A program made the translations under genes and the position numbers. A stretch of 64,000 nucleotides of DNA. Origin: Candidatus Levyibacteriota bacterium (lineage in GTDB: Bacteria; Patescibacteriota; Microgenomatia; Levybacterales; UBA12049). Within the stretch, counting starts at the first letter, position 1; each line of letters starts with the position of its first letter. The notes below the pieces were generated by a model that was not told the DNA's origin, made no database searches, and saw nothing but the letters and a program-made list of their open reading frames with translations. The stretch covers positions 4,343 through 68,342 of the forward strand of contig JACROF010000012.1 of the NCBI GenBank assembly GCA_016214555.1, given 5' to 3'. Shown here one piece after another: positions 1 through 9,825 of this stretch.

Positions 1-74
1 TATTCTGGGTTGGATAGGAATCATTGTACTATCATTTCCTGTGGCATTTATCATATCTTTAAAAAAAATCCGTA

Positions 75-614
75 TTAATTTTTCTTAACAACATCGCCAA
101 AACTTTTATATAGTTTTTGAATTTTTGGATCGATGACGATTCGACAATAGGGATTGGTTTGATTGGAGTCGTAATAACCTTGATGGTACTCTTCTGCCTT
201 GGTAAATGACACAAAAGGAATAATCTCTGTCACTATGGGACTTTTGTATACTCCCTTTTTTGTTAATTGTTCTTTAGTAAGCTGCGCAAGCTTTTTTTGA
301 TTTTCATCGTGATAAAAGATAATTGATCTATATTGAGTGCCAGAGTCTGCTCCTTGACGATTAAGAGTTGTTGGATCGTGGAGTTTCCAGAAAATCTCAA
401 GAAGAGTCTGATAGGAGATCGTTTTTGGATCAAAGGTTAGCGTTATTGCTTCTGCATGTCCGCTTTTTCCTCTACTGACTATCTCATAATTCGGATTTGA
501 TGTTTTGCCACCGCTATAGCCTGAGATGACTTCTCTAACCCCCTTGAGTCGTTTAAATATCGCTTCGGTACACCAAAAACATCCACTTGCAAACGTTGCT
601 TTCTCAAGAGCCAT
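75..614 (-). CDS. msrA: Peptide-methionine (S)-S-oxide reductase MsrA
   Basis: GCFWC catalytic motif, GYSGG, HDPTTLNRQG, QYRS, AEEYHQ. Confidence 0.97.
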   Translation of the reverse strand: MALEKATFASGCFWCTEAIFKRLKGVREVISGYSGGKTSNPNYEIVSRGKSGHAEAITLTFDPKTISYQTLLEIFWKLHDPTTLNRQGADSGTQYRSIIFYHDENQKKLAQLTKEQLTKKGVYKSPIVTEIIPFVSFTKAEEYHQGYYDSNQTNPYCRIVIDPKIQKLYKSFGDVVKKN

Positions 615-659
615 GTCTCAATTATACGCGATGTATTGATATTTGCTATAGTATCTACT

Positions 660-1136
660 ATGAAACAAAAAGTAATTGTATTTATAATTTTACTTCTTCT
701 TTTTTCTTCTTTGTTTTTTCTAAATTCTGGTTCAAAATCTCACACAGTGCCTCAGCAAAAACCTACCCCAACCTATATTGAAGGAGCCGCTGAGGCAAAG
801 GTTGTGACCATTAAATTTTTTCAACAGTATGATTCTTGCGTAAAGGAAAAGCACGATAAGACCATAAGTGAACAACAGGAGTTTTGTAGAAAAAGCAATA
901 TTTACGGATCATCAGCGTTAATTAAAAACGTATTATCGCTTTCTGATGAGAAAATAGATCCAGTTATCTGTTCTTCACAACTCCCATCAGGATATCAGGT
1001 TTTTGGTGAGAAAAATAATGCTGGAAGAGTGAGCCTTCGTGTTGCTGAAATGTTTGGCACAGAATCATTTGAAGTAAATGTGCAGGTGGTAAAAGAAAAA
1101 AATGAATGGAAAATAGATAAGATAATCTGTTCTTAG
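660..1136 (+). CDS. Hypothetical exported/membrane-anchored protein
   Basis: N-terminal hydrophobic helix and four Cys. Start moved from 636 to ATG 660, which lies 7 nt after TGCTATAGT. Confidence 0.7.
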   Translation: MKQKVIVFIILLLLFSSLFFLNSGSKSHTVPQQKPTPTYIEGAAEAKVVTIKFFQQYDSCVKEKHDKTISEQQEFCRKSNIYGSSALIKNVLSLSDEKIDPVICSSQLPSGYQVFGEKNNAGRVSLRVAEMFGTESFEVNVQVVKEKNEWKIDKIICS

Positions 1137-1179
1137 ATCGTTGACTTCTCAGCCACAATATGCTACTATAGGTTCTCTT

Positions 1180-1413
1180 ATGAAATCTGAAGAAATTTCA
1201 CCGCGAATTGTTATGATCGTTCTGGGCATGATTTTGTCATTTGTAGCTTTCTATTTATCCCTTGTGAGAGTCGATGGAGTAATTCGTAATAACCAAATTA
1301 ATAGCTGTGCAGCAATGTCGAGATTTGAAAAGAATGATAAAAACGATGGATCAACAATAATGTATCCTATACGCGATGTGTTTGTTGATTGCTTAAAGAG
1401 AAAAGGGCTTTAA
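1180..1413 (+). CDS. Small hypothetical membrane-anchored protein
   Basis: One TM helix and two Cys. TTGACT-17-TACTAT promoter upstream favours ATG 1180 over TTG 1141. Confidence 0.6.
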   Translation: MKSEEISPRIVMIVLGMILSFVAFYLSLVRVDGVIRNNQINSCAAMSRFEKNDKNDGSTIMYPIRDVFVDCLKRKGL

Positions 1414-1432
1414 TACTACTTTATCTAAATGG

Positions 1433-1810
1433 CTATCCAAATAGCTGTTTTTTTAAAGAGATAAAAAGTTTTCCCCAAAAACCTGCTTTTTGAAATTTCT
1501 TATAATCTTCCTTCTTAAAATAATCAATTGTTCCAGGCAATGGAGGATCAATCCAATTTGAGAGAATAAGCCATTCTCTTTTTTCATTTTGCTTGGCAAT
1601 AATTGTTACAAGCGATGGTCCAAATCGTTTTTGAAGTTCGATTGTTCCGGGATTTTTTCCTTGAATATTTTTATCTGGCGATGAGAAGGCTTGCCATGCT
1701 AAATCTTGAGATAAGCCTCGTTGTCCCAATCGCTCAAGAGCATGATTTGTCCAGATAGCACCTTTGTAAAGACGAACAGCCTCAGACATAGAATAAAACC
1801 ATTCTATCAA
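1433..1810 (-). CDS. DUF4258-like protein (RelE/BrnT-like fold, tentative)
   Basis: WTNHALERLGQRGLS...PD pattern resembles DUF4258 (T.HA..R...R.I); true start may be downstream at MSEAV. Confidence 0.55.
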   Translation of the reverse strand: MIEWFYSMSEAVRLYKGAIWTNHALERLGQRGLSQDLAWQAFSSPDKNIQGKNPGTIELQKRFGPSLVTIIAKQNEKREWLILSNWIDPPLPGTIDYFKKEDYKKFQKAGFWGKLFISLKKQLFG

Positions 1811-1815
1811 ATGTA

Positions 1816-2586
1816 TTACAGAAGTGAAATGGCGTTTGATAGTTCCATCTCACCTATTTTTGTCCTATGTATCATGTAAGTACAAGCGCCACATCCTACT
1901 CGCTCTCCAAGTTCATTAGCAAGGGAGCGAATGTAGGTTCCGCTTGAAACAGTTGCTTGAAATGTCACAACATGAATTTTTTCATGTTCTTTTGAAATTG
2001 CTTCTATTTGTTGCCAGTTTGCAATAATTTCTTTTTGTCTAAAATCTCCCTTGACGCTTTTTATTTCTTTAATAATATTTTGGATGAACTTTTTTTTCGT
2101 TTGTTTTTTGATATCAAGAAAAACAAAATCAAAAATTTTTATTGGATGATCGGGGATCTTTATTGTAGAGAGTTGATTTTTTCTAGCCCAATAGAAAAGA
2201 GGTTTCCCCGCAATAGTTTTTGAGGAATAATTCGGATAAGCTTGGGTATTTTTTGCAAGGAAATACGGTACTTCTTTAGTAATTTTTTCTTTAAGATTTT
2301 CTGGGACACTATTTGTGGATAAAATTTTCCCCATGTGGTCATACGTGTCTGTTTTAAATCCAAATAGGATTGAGAATGTATATACCTTTGTTAATTGCTC
2401 AAAATTTTGTCTTTTTTTATTAGCTTCACCAAGTAATAATAATAAAAGTCCTTGTGCCATTGGATCAAGTCTGCCAGCATAGCTTACTTTTTCACTTGGT
2501 GGAATTTTGTACTTTTCTCTATAAAGATTTATTGCTTGAAGAGGGGTTAAGCATTTTGGTTTGTTGACCAGCACTACATTTGACAT
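1816..2586 (-). CDS. truB: tRNA pseudouridine(55) synthase TruB
   Basis: NKP, YAGRLDPMAQGLL, K.Y, SSGTYIRSLA motifs. Confidence 0.9.
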   Translation of the reverse strand: MSNVVLVNKPKCLTPLQAINLYREKYKIPPSEKVSYAGRLDPMAQGLLLLLLGEANKKRQNFEQLTKVYTFSILFGFKTDTYDHMGKILSTNSVPENLKEKITKEVPYFLAKNTQAYPNYSSKTIAGKPLFYWARKNQLSTIKIPDHPIKIFDFVFLDIKKQTKKKFIQNIIKEIKSVKGDFRQKEIIANWQQIEAISKEHEKIHVVTFQATVSSGTYIRSLANELGERVGCGACTYMIHRTKIGEMELSNAISLL

Positions 2587-2692
2587 GCGCAGATTATATC
2601 ATTGATGTGTTTTATCAGATATTCTAAACAATAGATCAAGCTAAATCTCCTTGCCTCTTGTCAAAGACAGATAAGTGTTATAGAGTAACAAA

Positions 2693-3304
2693 ATGATTGA
2701 CCAAGAGTACCCTCAGTGTAGTCATGACGGATCTCCGCTTGTAATAAAACAGACAAAGAGGTCTCCTGAGCAGCTGAAAAAATCTTTTTATTATTCTGCT
2801 TACTATTTCTGTCCACGCTGTAAAAGAATATACCATGACGAAAAATTTAAAGTGGTCTCAGAGAGGCCTACTCTTTTTAATGCGCCAAATAGTAAAAAAA
2901 TATTTGATATAGAAATATGGACTGATGGAGCATGTAGTAGAAATGGAGCGCCAAATGCAAAAGCTGCATGGGCATTTGTTAGCGGTAAACACGAAGAGGC
3001 AGGATTGGTTGATGGAAAGCAGACTAACAACAGAGGTGAGGCCTTAGCGATCTACCACGCTTTAGTATGGGCTGCTTCAAAAGGTTACAAAAAAATTAAG
3101 ATTAATTCTGATAGCCAGATTACCCTCCATGGCGTTGCTAAAGACCCAAAGAAAGTAAAAGAAAATCGTGATATTTTTGAGAGGATTTATCATACAGTTT
3201 TGAAGCACAACTTAGAAGTTGAGTATGTAAAAGTACTTGGTCACTCTGATAACAATGATAACAATAGAGCTGATGCTCTTGCCGTAAAATTGTCTTTAGA
3301 ATAA
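2693..3304 (+). CDS. rnhA: Ribonuclease HI with N-terminal Zn-ribbon-like domain
   Basis: WTDGACSRNG, QTNNRGE, SDS, GHS..NNRAD RNase H motifs; N-terminal CSHD...CPRC. Confidence 0.88.
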   Translation: MIDQEYPQCSHDGSPLVIKQTKRSPEQLKKSFYYSAYYFCPRCKRIYHDEKFKVVSERPTLFNAPNSKKIFDIEIWTDGACSRNGAPNAKAAWAFVSGKHEEAGLVDGKQTNNRGEALAIYHALVWAASKGYKKIKINSDSQITLHGVAKDPKKVKENRDIFERIYHTVLKHNLEVEYVKVLGHSDNNDNNRADALAVKLSLE

Positions 3305-3396
3305 GCAAGTACTACTTTCTTCAAAGATGAGTGATTCCTAGTAATTGATGTATTAATTATCGTAGTAAAATCCTATCAATTCGCTATACTGAGTAA

Positions 3397-3945
3397 GTGA
3401 TTTTTTATCTTTTATTTGTCATAACAATTGCGCTTTTGCTTCTTCTCCTATCAATGGTTTGGCCACCAGATAGTCCATGGTCGCCATGGTGGAGAACAAA
3501 TAAGAAAACTGCATTGAAAATTATCAAGCTCGCAAAAATTACTGAAAAAGATTTTATTGTCGACTTGGGATGTGGTGATGGGACGGCATTAATAACTGCA
3601 GCAAAGAATAAGAAAGCGCATGGTGCTGGAGTTGAGATTGACCCCTTTCGAGTATTAATCGCAAAAATAAGAGTGCTTTTAGGTGGGGTTTCAGATTTAA
3701 TTGTCATTAAAAGAGGAAATCTTTTTGATCAAGACATATCAGGCTCATCATTAGTTATTGTTTATCTTATTCCAAAAACACTAAAAAGACTTAAGAAGAA
3801 GTTTTTTGCGGAATTAAAGCCTGGGACTAAAGTCATCAGCTACATGTATCAAATAGATTTTTTACCTGAGGTGGTGCGTGATGAAGATAGTCATGTTTAT
3901 GTTTATCTGATACCAAAAAAGCGAACTAACACTGAAAAAAATTAA
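3397..3945 (+). CDS. Membrane-anchored class I SAM-dependent methyltransferase (FAM173-like)
   Basis: N-terminal TM, VDLGCGDG, GVEID, ELKPGTKVIS. Confidence 0.85.
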   Translation: MIFYLLFVITIALLLLLLSMVWPPDSPWSPWWRTNKKTALKIIKLAKITEKDFIVDLGCGDGTALITAAKNKKAHGAGVEIDPFRVLIAKIRVLLGGVSDLIVIKRGNLFDQDISGSSLVIVYLIPKTLKRLKKKFFAELKPGTKVISYMYQIDFLPEVVRDEDSHVYVYLIPKKRTNTEKN

Positions 3946-5290
3946 TGGTGTTAGAAATACCTTCTGAGCGGAATGGAAATTTTTTTATAAGGGTGCAATT
4001 ATTTTTAATGTCTTTGGTGGTCACAATATCAGTATATATTTCTTGACTGATCCCCAGCTCTGGATACGATACCCCTTCTGTGATAAAAAACCCATGATTT
4101 CGCATTAGATCTTTAGTCAGGTGATCTGCATTAAGATAGCCTTTTCTAAAAATATTACTGTTCGTGTCGACAATTTCATTAAGAAGAGGTTTATTTGTTG
4201 CAAGAGCGAGCGCTGGGGTAATTCCGTTAACACCGTACAATACTTTTGGATTTTCTTTATTAATCGTTTTTGTCATTGACTCAATGTCAATGTTTTGAAG
4301 GCTATGATAGCCTGAAAAAAATATCATAATATTTACTATTGCAGCAACTCCAATTATTGTTGTTATGAGATTTTTGTTTATTGAAAAACGAGCGAGAAGA
4401 TCTTTGACAATTTCAGGAAATGAGAGAATAAGTATTGGTATCATAACAACAAGATAGAGATAATAGCTGTCTTTATAGAATAGAAAAAATAGGAGTGAAA
4501 AGAGAGAAAATAATCCAAAGAACAATCTTTTTTTGATCCAAAAAATATTCGCAAACATGAGCAGGAATATAAGCGGATCGTGTTTTATTGCAAACCAAAA
4601 AATATGTAATTTACTAATCCCTTGAGATCTTGTAAGAGAATAAAAAAACACATCTTTCAAAAGATCGTTATAGGCAAGTAGTAACGATGGCAATAAGATG
4701 ATTGCTATGCAGGATAAAAATCCACAAATAAATTTTATCATCCCCTCCCTTTCTTTTATTAGTAGGATACATAAGTAGGAAATCAAAAGAGGAAGAGAGT
4801 ATGCCTTGCTAAGTAATGCAAATGCAGTGAATACTCCTGAGCTGATGTACTTTTTTTCTTGAAAAAATAAATAACTTAAAACAGTACTCAGGCACACTAA
4901 AAAAACTCCGGTCTGATGTTGGGAGGTTGCAAGTATAATAAATGAAAAAAGAAAAATAATAACACCTTGAATGGCATAAATTCTTGGTGATGACTTGATA
5001 ATTATTTTGTAGATAATTAATGCGGTAAATGATGATTCAAAAAACGCTGTTGAAAAATAGAATAAAAGATTTCCATGTGATATTAAATAATAAAAAGATG
5101 CAATATATGGAACAAGAGGAAAGTTAGTAAAAAATACGTCTTTGTAAAGTATTTTTCCAGACAACAATTCCTTTGCTGTATAAAAATAGATGCTAGTATC
5201 AGATGCGCGGACATGAAGAGTGGATAGTTTAATTACGAGAAAAAGTACTAAAATTAGAAAAGGAAAATATTTTTTTAGAAGATAGATCAT
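3926..5290 (-). CDS. Polytopic membrane protein, probable GT-C-fold glycosyltransferase
   Basis: About 10 TM helices; SD..IY......L.G..LYKD.F...P first-loop pattern of PMT-like enzymes. Confidence 0.65.
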   Translation of the reverse strand: MIYLLKKYFPFLILVLFLVIKLSTLHVRASDTSIYFYTAKELLSGKILYKDVFFTNFPLVPYIASFYYLISHGNLLFYFSTAFFESSFTALIIYKIIIKSSPRIYAIQGVIIFLFSFIILATSQHQTGVFLVCLSTVLSYLFFQEKKYISSGVFTAFALLSKAYSLPLLISYLCILLIKEREGMIKFICGFLSCIAIILLPSLLLAYNDLLKDVFFYSLTRSQGISKLHIFWFAIKHDPLIFLLMFANIFWIKKRLFFGLFSLFSLLFFLFYKDSYYLYLVVMIPILILSFPEIVKDLLARFSINKNLITTIIGVAAIVNIMIFFSGYHSLQNIDIESMTKTINKENPKVLYGVNGITPALALATNKPLLNEIVDTNSNIFRKGYLNADHLTKDLMRNHGFFITEGVSYPELGISQEIYTDIVTTKDIKNNCTLIKKFPFRSEGISNTINFFQC

Positions 5291-6879
5291 TGGTTGTGTA
5301 ATTGAGTTTTTAGTTGCATAAAGAATTGATCTGCTTCCCCTAAGTCATCTAGTTGTTTATCTATCCAGTCAATGCCGCTGCTATTTTCTATTTGCTTGTA
5401 GATTGCATATAGCTTTATATATGAAAGATAAAATGAAGGGTCAATCTCTAAAGATCTTCTATATTCTTTTTCAGCTTCATGTAAATTCCCTAATGAAAGA
5501 TAGGAGTTTCCTAAATTGTAGCGAGATTCGGGATAAGCATCTACAAGAGAAATAGCTTTCTTGTAGGTGATTATTGCATTTTTTGAATCACCATTTTCAG
5601 CATAAGCCATTGCAAGATTGTTGTAAGCTCTCGGGCTTTGAACATGTTGGATTGTTTGGAGATAAAATTTAATTGGGTCGTGCCAGTCCTGATTTCTCGT
5701 AATAGTTCTATACATAAGAAATAAGATATATATGGCAAGAGGGATGAGAAGAAGGTAAAGAAAATTAACATTTTTTTTATAGAGAGAGTAGATGATGTAA
5801 GAAAATAGAAGAAAAAAGCCAACTGATGGAAAGTATAAAAAATGTTCATAAAAAATTCCATTAATAGGAATAAGTCCTGATGTTGGAATAAATGAAATTC
5901 CTATCCACGAAAGAGAAAAAAGAACTATTGGATTTTTTTCACGTTTTAAGTACGCAAATATAAGTGATACAAGTAGGCAAAGAGGTACAATAATCGTAGT
6001 TATTGTACCACGCAAAAAAATAGATATTCCTGAATCTCTTTCCATGAAAAGATTTTTTGGATAGGCAAGAAGATGCAGGTATGTTGGAAATAGATTGATA
6101 AAAGTATTGATTCGAACAAAGATATTTGAGGAATAAATATTTTTAGAGTTATAAAAATTTAATGTATTTGCAAAGTTAAATACTGTAATTCGAAGAAAAA
6201 AGTAGCAAAGAGTAATAAGTGCATAGGGAATTGTGGTAATGACTGCTTTTTTAAGATTATGTTTGTTAAAAAAATAATGAGTTGTTAAGAGTAGTCCAGG
6301 CAACATGAGTGCAATTTCTTTTGAGAGTAGCGCCAGTAAGAGAGAAAGAAAAGATAAAATTTTTGCTTTTTTTTCAGAAGATAGTGAAAAATAGAGAGTT
6401 AGCATGCAAAACAAAAAACTGAGAGGATCCCCTCTTCCCGATGCATAAGAAACAGCTTCGGTTTGAATAGGATGGATAAGAAAAAGCAATGATGTCAAAA
6501 ATGAAAGAAGCCGTTTGTGAAAAAGTTTTTGGAGGAAAAAGAACAGAACTATTCCACCTGCAAAGTGGATAAGGAAACTATTTAGGTGATAAATAAATCC
6601 GTTGTTGCCAAAGAGATGATATTCGATACTGAATCCTAAAAATAGTATTGGTCTAAAATAATTACTTTCTTTTCCTGCTCCTGAAATAAGGCTTTCAGAA
6701 AATATTTTTTGAACATCAAATGTTTTAACGAATTGATTATTGTAAATGAATTGCTCATCATCGAAAAATAAGCCATTTCCTAGGGTGTTTGCGTAGCAAA
6801 AGAAAGTTAGAAAAAAAAGAATTGTTATTAAATAAAGAGATGAAAGTTTTGACAACTTTTTGATAAATTGGATTGACAT
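5287..6879 (-). CDS. TMTC-like protein O-mannosyltransferase with C-terminal TPRs
   Basis: FDD, YFRP, HPIQTEAVSYASGR, SKE, EHFLYFP, RNQDW, followed by TPR repeats (AYNNLA, YNLGN). Confidence 0.85.
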   Translation of the reverse strand: MSIQFIKKLSKLSSLYLITILFFLTFFCYANTLGNGLFFDDEQFIYNNQFVKTFDVQKIFSESLISGAGKESNYFRPILFLGFSIEYHLFGNNGFIYHLNSFLIHFAGGIVLFFFLQKLFHKRLLSFLTSLLFLIHPIQTEAVSYASGRGDPLSFLFCMLTLYFSLSSEKKAKILSFLSLLLALLSKEIALMLPGLLLTTHYFFNKHNLKKAVITTIPYALITLCYFFLRITVFNFANTLNFYNSKNIYSSNIFVRINTFINLFPTYLHLLAYPKNLFMERDSGISIFLRGTITTIIVPLCLLVSLIFAYLKREKNPIVLFSLSWIGISFIPTSGLIPINGIFYEHFLYFPSVGFFLLFSYIIYSLYKKNVNFLYLLLIPLAIYILFLMYRTITRNQDWHDPIKFYLQTIQHVQSPRAYNNLAMAYAENGDSKNAIITYKKAISLVDAYPESRYNLGNSYLSLGNLHEAEKEYRRSLEIDPSFYLSYIKLYAIYKQIENSSGIDWIDKQLDDLGEADQFFMQLKTQLHNQ

Positions 6880-6884
6880 ACACC

Positions 6885-7898
6885 TTATTTAATCTGGAGA
6901 AGTAGTGACCTAAGCTTGTCTGAAACAACATAGAGTTGATAAAGAAGAGGATTAATCACGAGGTCGTAGCTACCAATAAATTCAACGTGTGATGGTCTAA
7001 ATCCCTGTTTGAATCGATGAAAACCAAACCATGGATCAAGCTGATCTGGCTCTGGGCCAAGCGCGCCCCACATGTCAAATTTTTTAAGCCCTAATTTTTT
7101 ACCAAATTTTATTGCTTCCCACATCATAAGGGTCGATGCCATCGTTTCTCTATGTTCACTACTTGATGCACCATATGGATAATAAAGCGTGTCTTTAAAA
7201 ACAAAAAGAACCCATGCTGCAAGCGTTTTCATGTTGTAGTTTGCTATAAGAAGGTGTGAAGATAGCTCATTGCTGGACGCAGTATGTTTGAGAGTCTGCC
7301 ACTGCGCAGTGTGGTAACTAAGGGAATGCGCGTAAAACTTTTGTCTTTTGGTTGTTTCTTTCATAAGGTTAAGATATGTTGTAAATGCCTCATCGGTATT
7401 TTTTTCAGAAACAGATACGTTATATTTTTGAGCAACTTTGATGTTATATCTAGTCTTGGGATGAAACATCTTTAGGAGTTCATCTTCAGATTTAGTGAGG
7501 TCAAGAAGAAATGTATATTTTGTAAAAAGAGGATGTGCAGCTTTCTTAAGCGGTAAAGTCTCTAATATATCTTGATATTCTTTTGAAAAAAGTACATTCG
7601 GTTCGAGCTGAATAAATATGCATTTTTCTCTTTTTCCAATTTTCCTGAGCTCATCAAGCATTTTTTTATCAGGGAAAACTCCTTTTGGAACATACCCAAT
7701 TGACCATATGGTTTTGGGTACTTTGTGAAGTGTCATGGTGAATCCGTCAACAAGATTTGTGTTATCAAACTTTCCTTCTCGAATTACTTTGAGTCCAGTT
7801 TTTTCTCTAAATGTGCCCCATTCATATGATTGAAGTGGGTGAGTAACAAGTTTGTTATATTGTTTTTGCAAGAGATCGGAAAGTGGAAGGAATTTCAT
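6885..7898 (-). CDS. FemAB/FemX family peptidoglycan bridge peptidyltransferase
   Basis: HPLQSYEWG, KTRYNIK.A, YYPYGASS, FDMWG, GFHRFKQGF. Confidence 0.9.
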   Translation of the reverse strand: MKFLPLSDLLQKQYNKLVTHPLQSYEWGTFREKTGLKVIREGKFDNTNLVDGFTMTLHKVPKTIWSIGYVPKGVFPDKKMLDELRKIGKREKCIFIQLEPNVLFSKEYQDILETLPLKKAAHPLFTKYTFLLDLTKSEDELLKMFHPKTRYNIKVAQKYNVSVSEKNTDEAFTTYLNLMKETTKRQKFYAHSLSYHTAQWQTLKHTASSNELSSHLLIANYNMKTLAAWVLFVFKDTLYYPYGASSSEHRETMASTLMMWEAIKFGKKLGLKKFDMWGALGPEPDQLDPWFGFHRFKQGFRPSHVEFIGSYDLVINPLLYQLYVVSDKLRSLLLQIK

Positions 7899-7927
7899 CT
7901 TTATTATATTGTAGCAGTAGCAAGATC

Positions 7928-9772
7928 CTAGAAGTAGTCTTTTGATGTGAATTCAGAGAGAATACTTCTGTTGGTATTTTGTTTGATAAGCTCAGCGGGC
8001 AGTTCAATGACAAAGCGAGAAATCGTATTCGTAGTTTTTTGTCCAAAAAATAATCTTCTTCTGGCATGAGTAAGAAACAGTTTATTTTTTGCTCTGGTTA
8101 TCCCTACATAACAAAGCCTTCTTTCTTCTTCTAGTTCGTGCTTATCCATCAGGGAGCGAGAATGAGGGAAAAGTCCTTCCTCCATACCTATCATAAAGAT
8201 GATGGGGAATTCAAGCCCTTTTGCTGCATGAAGAGTCATCAGGGTGATGGCATTTTTTGAGCTTTTATCCTTTGAAGATGCGTATTCCTGCTCAACAAGT
8301 GAGACATTCTCTAGAAATTCTGTGCTGTCAGGGAAAGCGAGCGCAACAGAGCGAAGCTCCTTAATATTTTCAAGTCGGGCCCTATCATCTTCATCTTTGT
8401 CATCATAGAGATCTAGATAAGAAGTTTCTTCCAAAATTTTATCAAGCAGTTCTATAGTTGAGTGATTCTCAAGTGCTGTATTCCTTGTGAGGAAATCAAG
8501 AAATTTTTGCATTCGTTGCTTTCCAATCTTTTCAATTCTTTTAAGAGCTATAGTTTCATTTTGATTGATAGCGTGTCGAAGGTACGAGAGTACATCTTTA
8601 ATTTCTTTTCTTTCATAAAATCGTGTCCCACCAATAAGAATATAGGGAATGCCGTGATGGAGAAAAGCTTCTTCAATTACACGAGACTGTGCGTTGGTCC
8701 TATAAAGAATGGCTACATCATGAAGGCTGCTGATTTTTAATTCGATAAGAGTTCGAATAATAAAATCTGCCTCATCCTGTTCATTTATTGCTTCATAAAT
8801 TTCTATTGGGTCTCCAGAATCATTTTCAGTCCAGAGCTTAAGGACAGGATGGGAGGTGTTTTTTGCAATGATGGCTGTTGCGCTATCAAGAATTTTTTGT
8901 GTTGATCTGTAGTTTTGTGAGAGAGAGAAAGTTTTTGCATGCATAAAATCATTGGTAAATTTGATAAGATTTCGATAGTCTGCTCCTCTCCAGCTATAAA
9001 TACTTTGTGCAAAGTCTCCTACAACGCAGATCCGTTGCTTTTTTCCAGTCAAAAGTTTCGTTAAAACATATTGCGCCCTATTGGTATCCTGATACTCGTC
9101 GATAAGAATATAGTCAAAATGTTCTTGATATTTACTTAGAACATCAGGATGTTTTCGAAAAAGTCTTACCACTTGAAGGATAAGATCATCAAAATCTAAA
9201 GCGTCATTTTCTTTTAGAATTTTTTGATAAAGAGGATATATTTTTGCAACTGCTTCTTGGAAAACCCCTCTTGCAAATTGGTGATATTCATCGTCAAAAA
9301 TGAGCTCGTTTTTTGCCTGAGAAATAGTTGCAAGAATCGAATGCGGTTTGAAATCTTTGGTCGAAATCATCAGTTTTCCCATAGCATCTTTTATGACCTC
9401 TATCTGATCTGAGTCATCATAGATGCTAAATCGTGTTGAAATTCCAAGATATGAGCCATCCGCACGAAGGATACGTGCGCAAAGTGAGTGAAATGTTGAG
9501 ACAAGAGGTTGTCCAGATATTTTCTTATCAGCGTGACCGGCAATAAATTTCTTAATTCTCTCTTCCATTTCAAGAGCCGCTTTATTGGTGAACGTCACCA
9601 TAAGAATTGACTCAGGGGTAATGCTTTTTTCAAGTATCAGATACATGACTTTATAGGTGAGAACTCTTGTTTTTCCTGAGCCAGCTCCAGCAAGAATAAT
9701 CATAGGACCGTCAGTATATTCGACGGCTTTCTTTTGTTCGTCATTTAGGCCATTGAGCAGCTGTTCATTCAT
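7928..9772 (-). CDS. pcrA: ATP-dependent DNA helicase PcrA/UvrD
   Basis: AGAGSGKT, TFTNKAA, DEYQDTN, QSIYSWRGA, NYRST, TLHAAKGLEF, EERRLCYVGITRA. Confidence 0.95.
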   Translation of the reverse strand: MNEQLLNGLNDEQKKAVEYTDGPMIILAGAGSGKTRVLTYKVMYLILEKSITPESILMVTFTNKAALEMEERIKKFIAGHADKKISGQPLVSTFHSLCARILRADGSYLGISTRFSIYDDSDQIEVIKDAMGKLMISTKDFKPHSILATISQAKNELIFDDEYHQFARGVFQEAVAKIYPLYQKILKENDALDFDDLILQVVRLFRKHPDVLSKYQEHFDYILIDEYQDTNRAQYVLTKLLTGKKQRICVVGDFAQSIYSWRGADYRNLIKFTNDFMHAKTFSLSQNYRSTQKILDSATAIIAKNTSHPVLKLWTENDSGDPIEIYEAINEQDEADFIIRTLIELKISSLHDVAILYRTNAQSRVIEEAFLHHGIPYILIGGTRFYERKEIKDVLSYLRHAINQNETIALKRIEKIGKQRMQKFLDFLTRNTALENHSTIELLDKILEETSYLDLYDDKDEDDRARLENIKELRSVALAFPDSTEFLENVSLVEQEYASSKDKSSKNAITLMTLHAAKGLEFPIIFMIGMEEGLFPHSRSLMDKHELEEERRLCYVGITRAKNKLFLTHARRRLFFGQKTTNTISRFVIELPAELIKQNTNRSILSEFTSKDYF

Positions 9773-9825
9773 ACATTATGATAAGAAGTAGTCATTAAGT
9801 AGTTTTGTAAAACTCATTGTAGCAT

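Noticed and set aside
1-54. Possible 5' end of a minus-strand ORF (MINATGNDSTMIPIQPRI)
   Set aside because: Only 18 codons are visible at the window edge, too little to call
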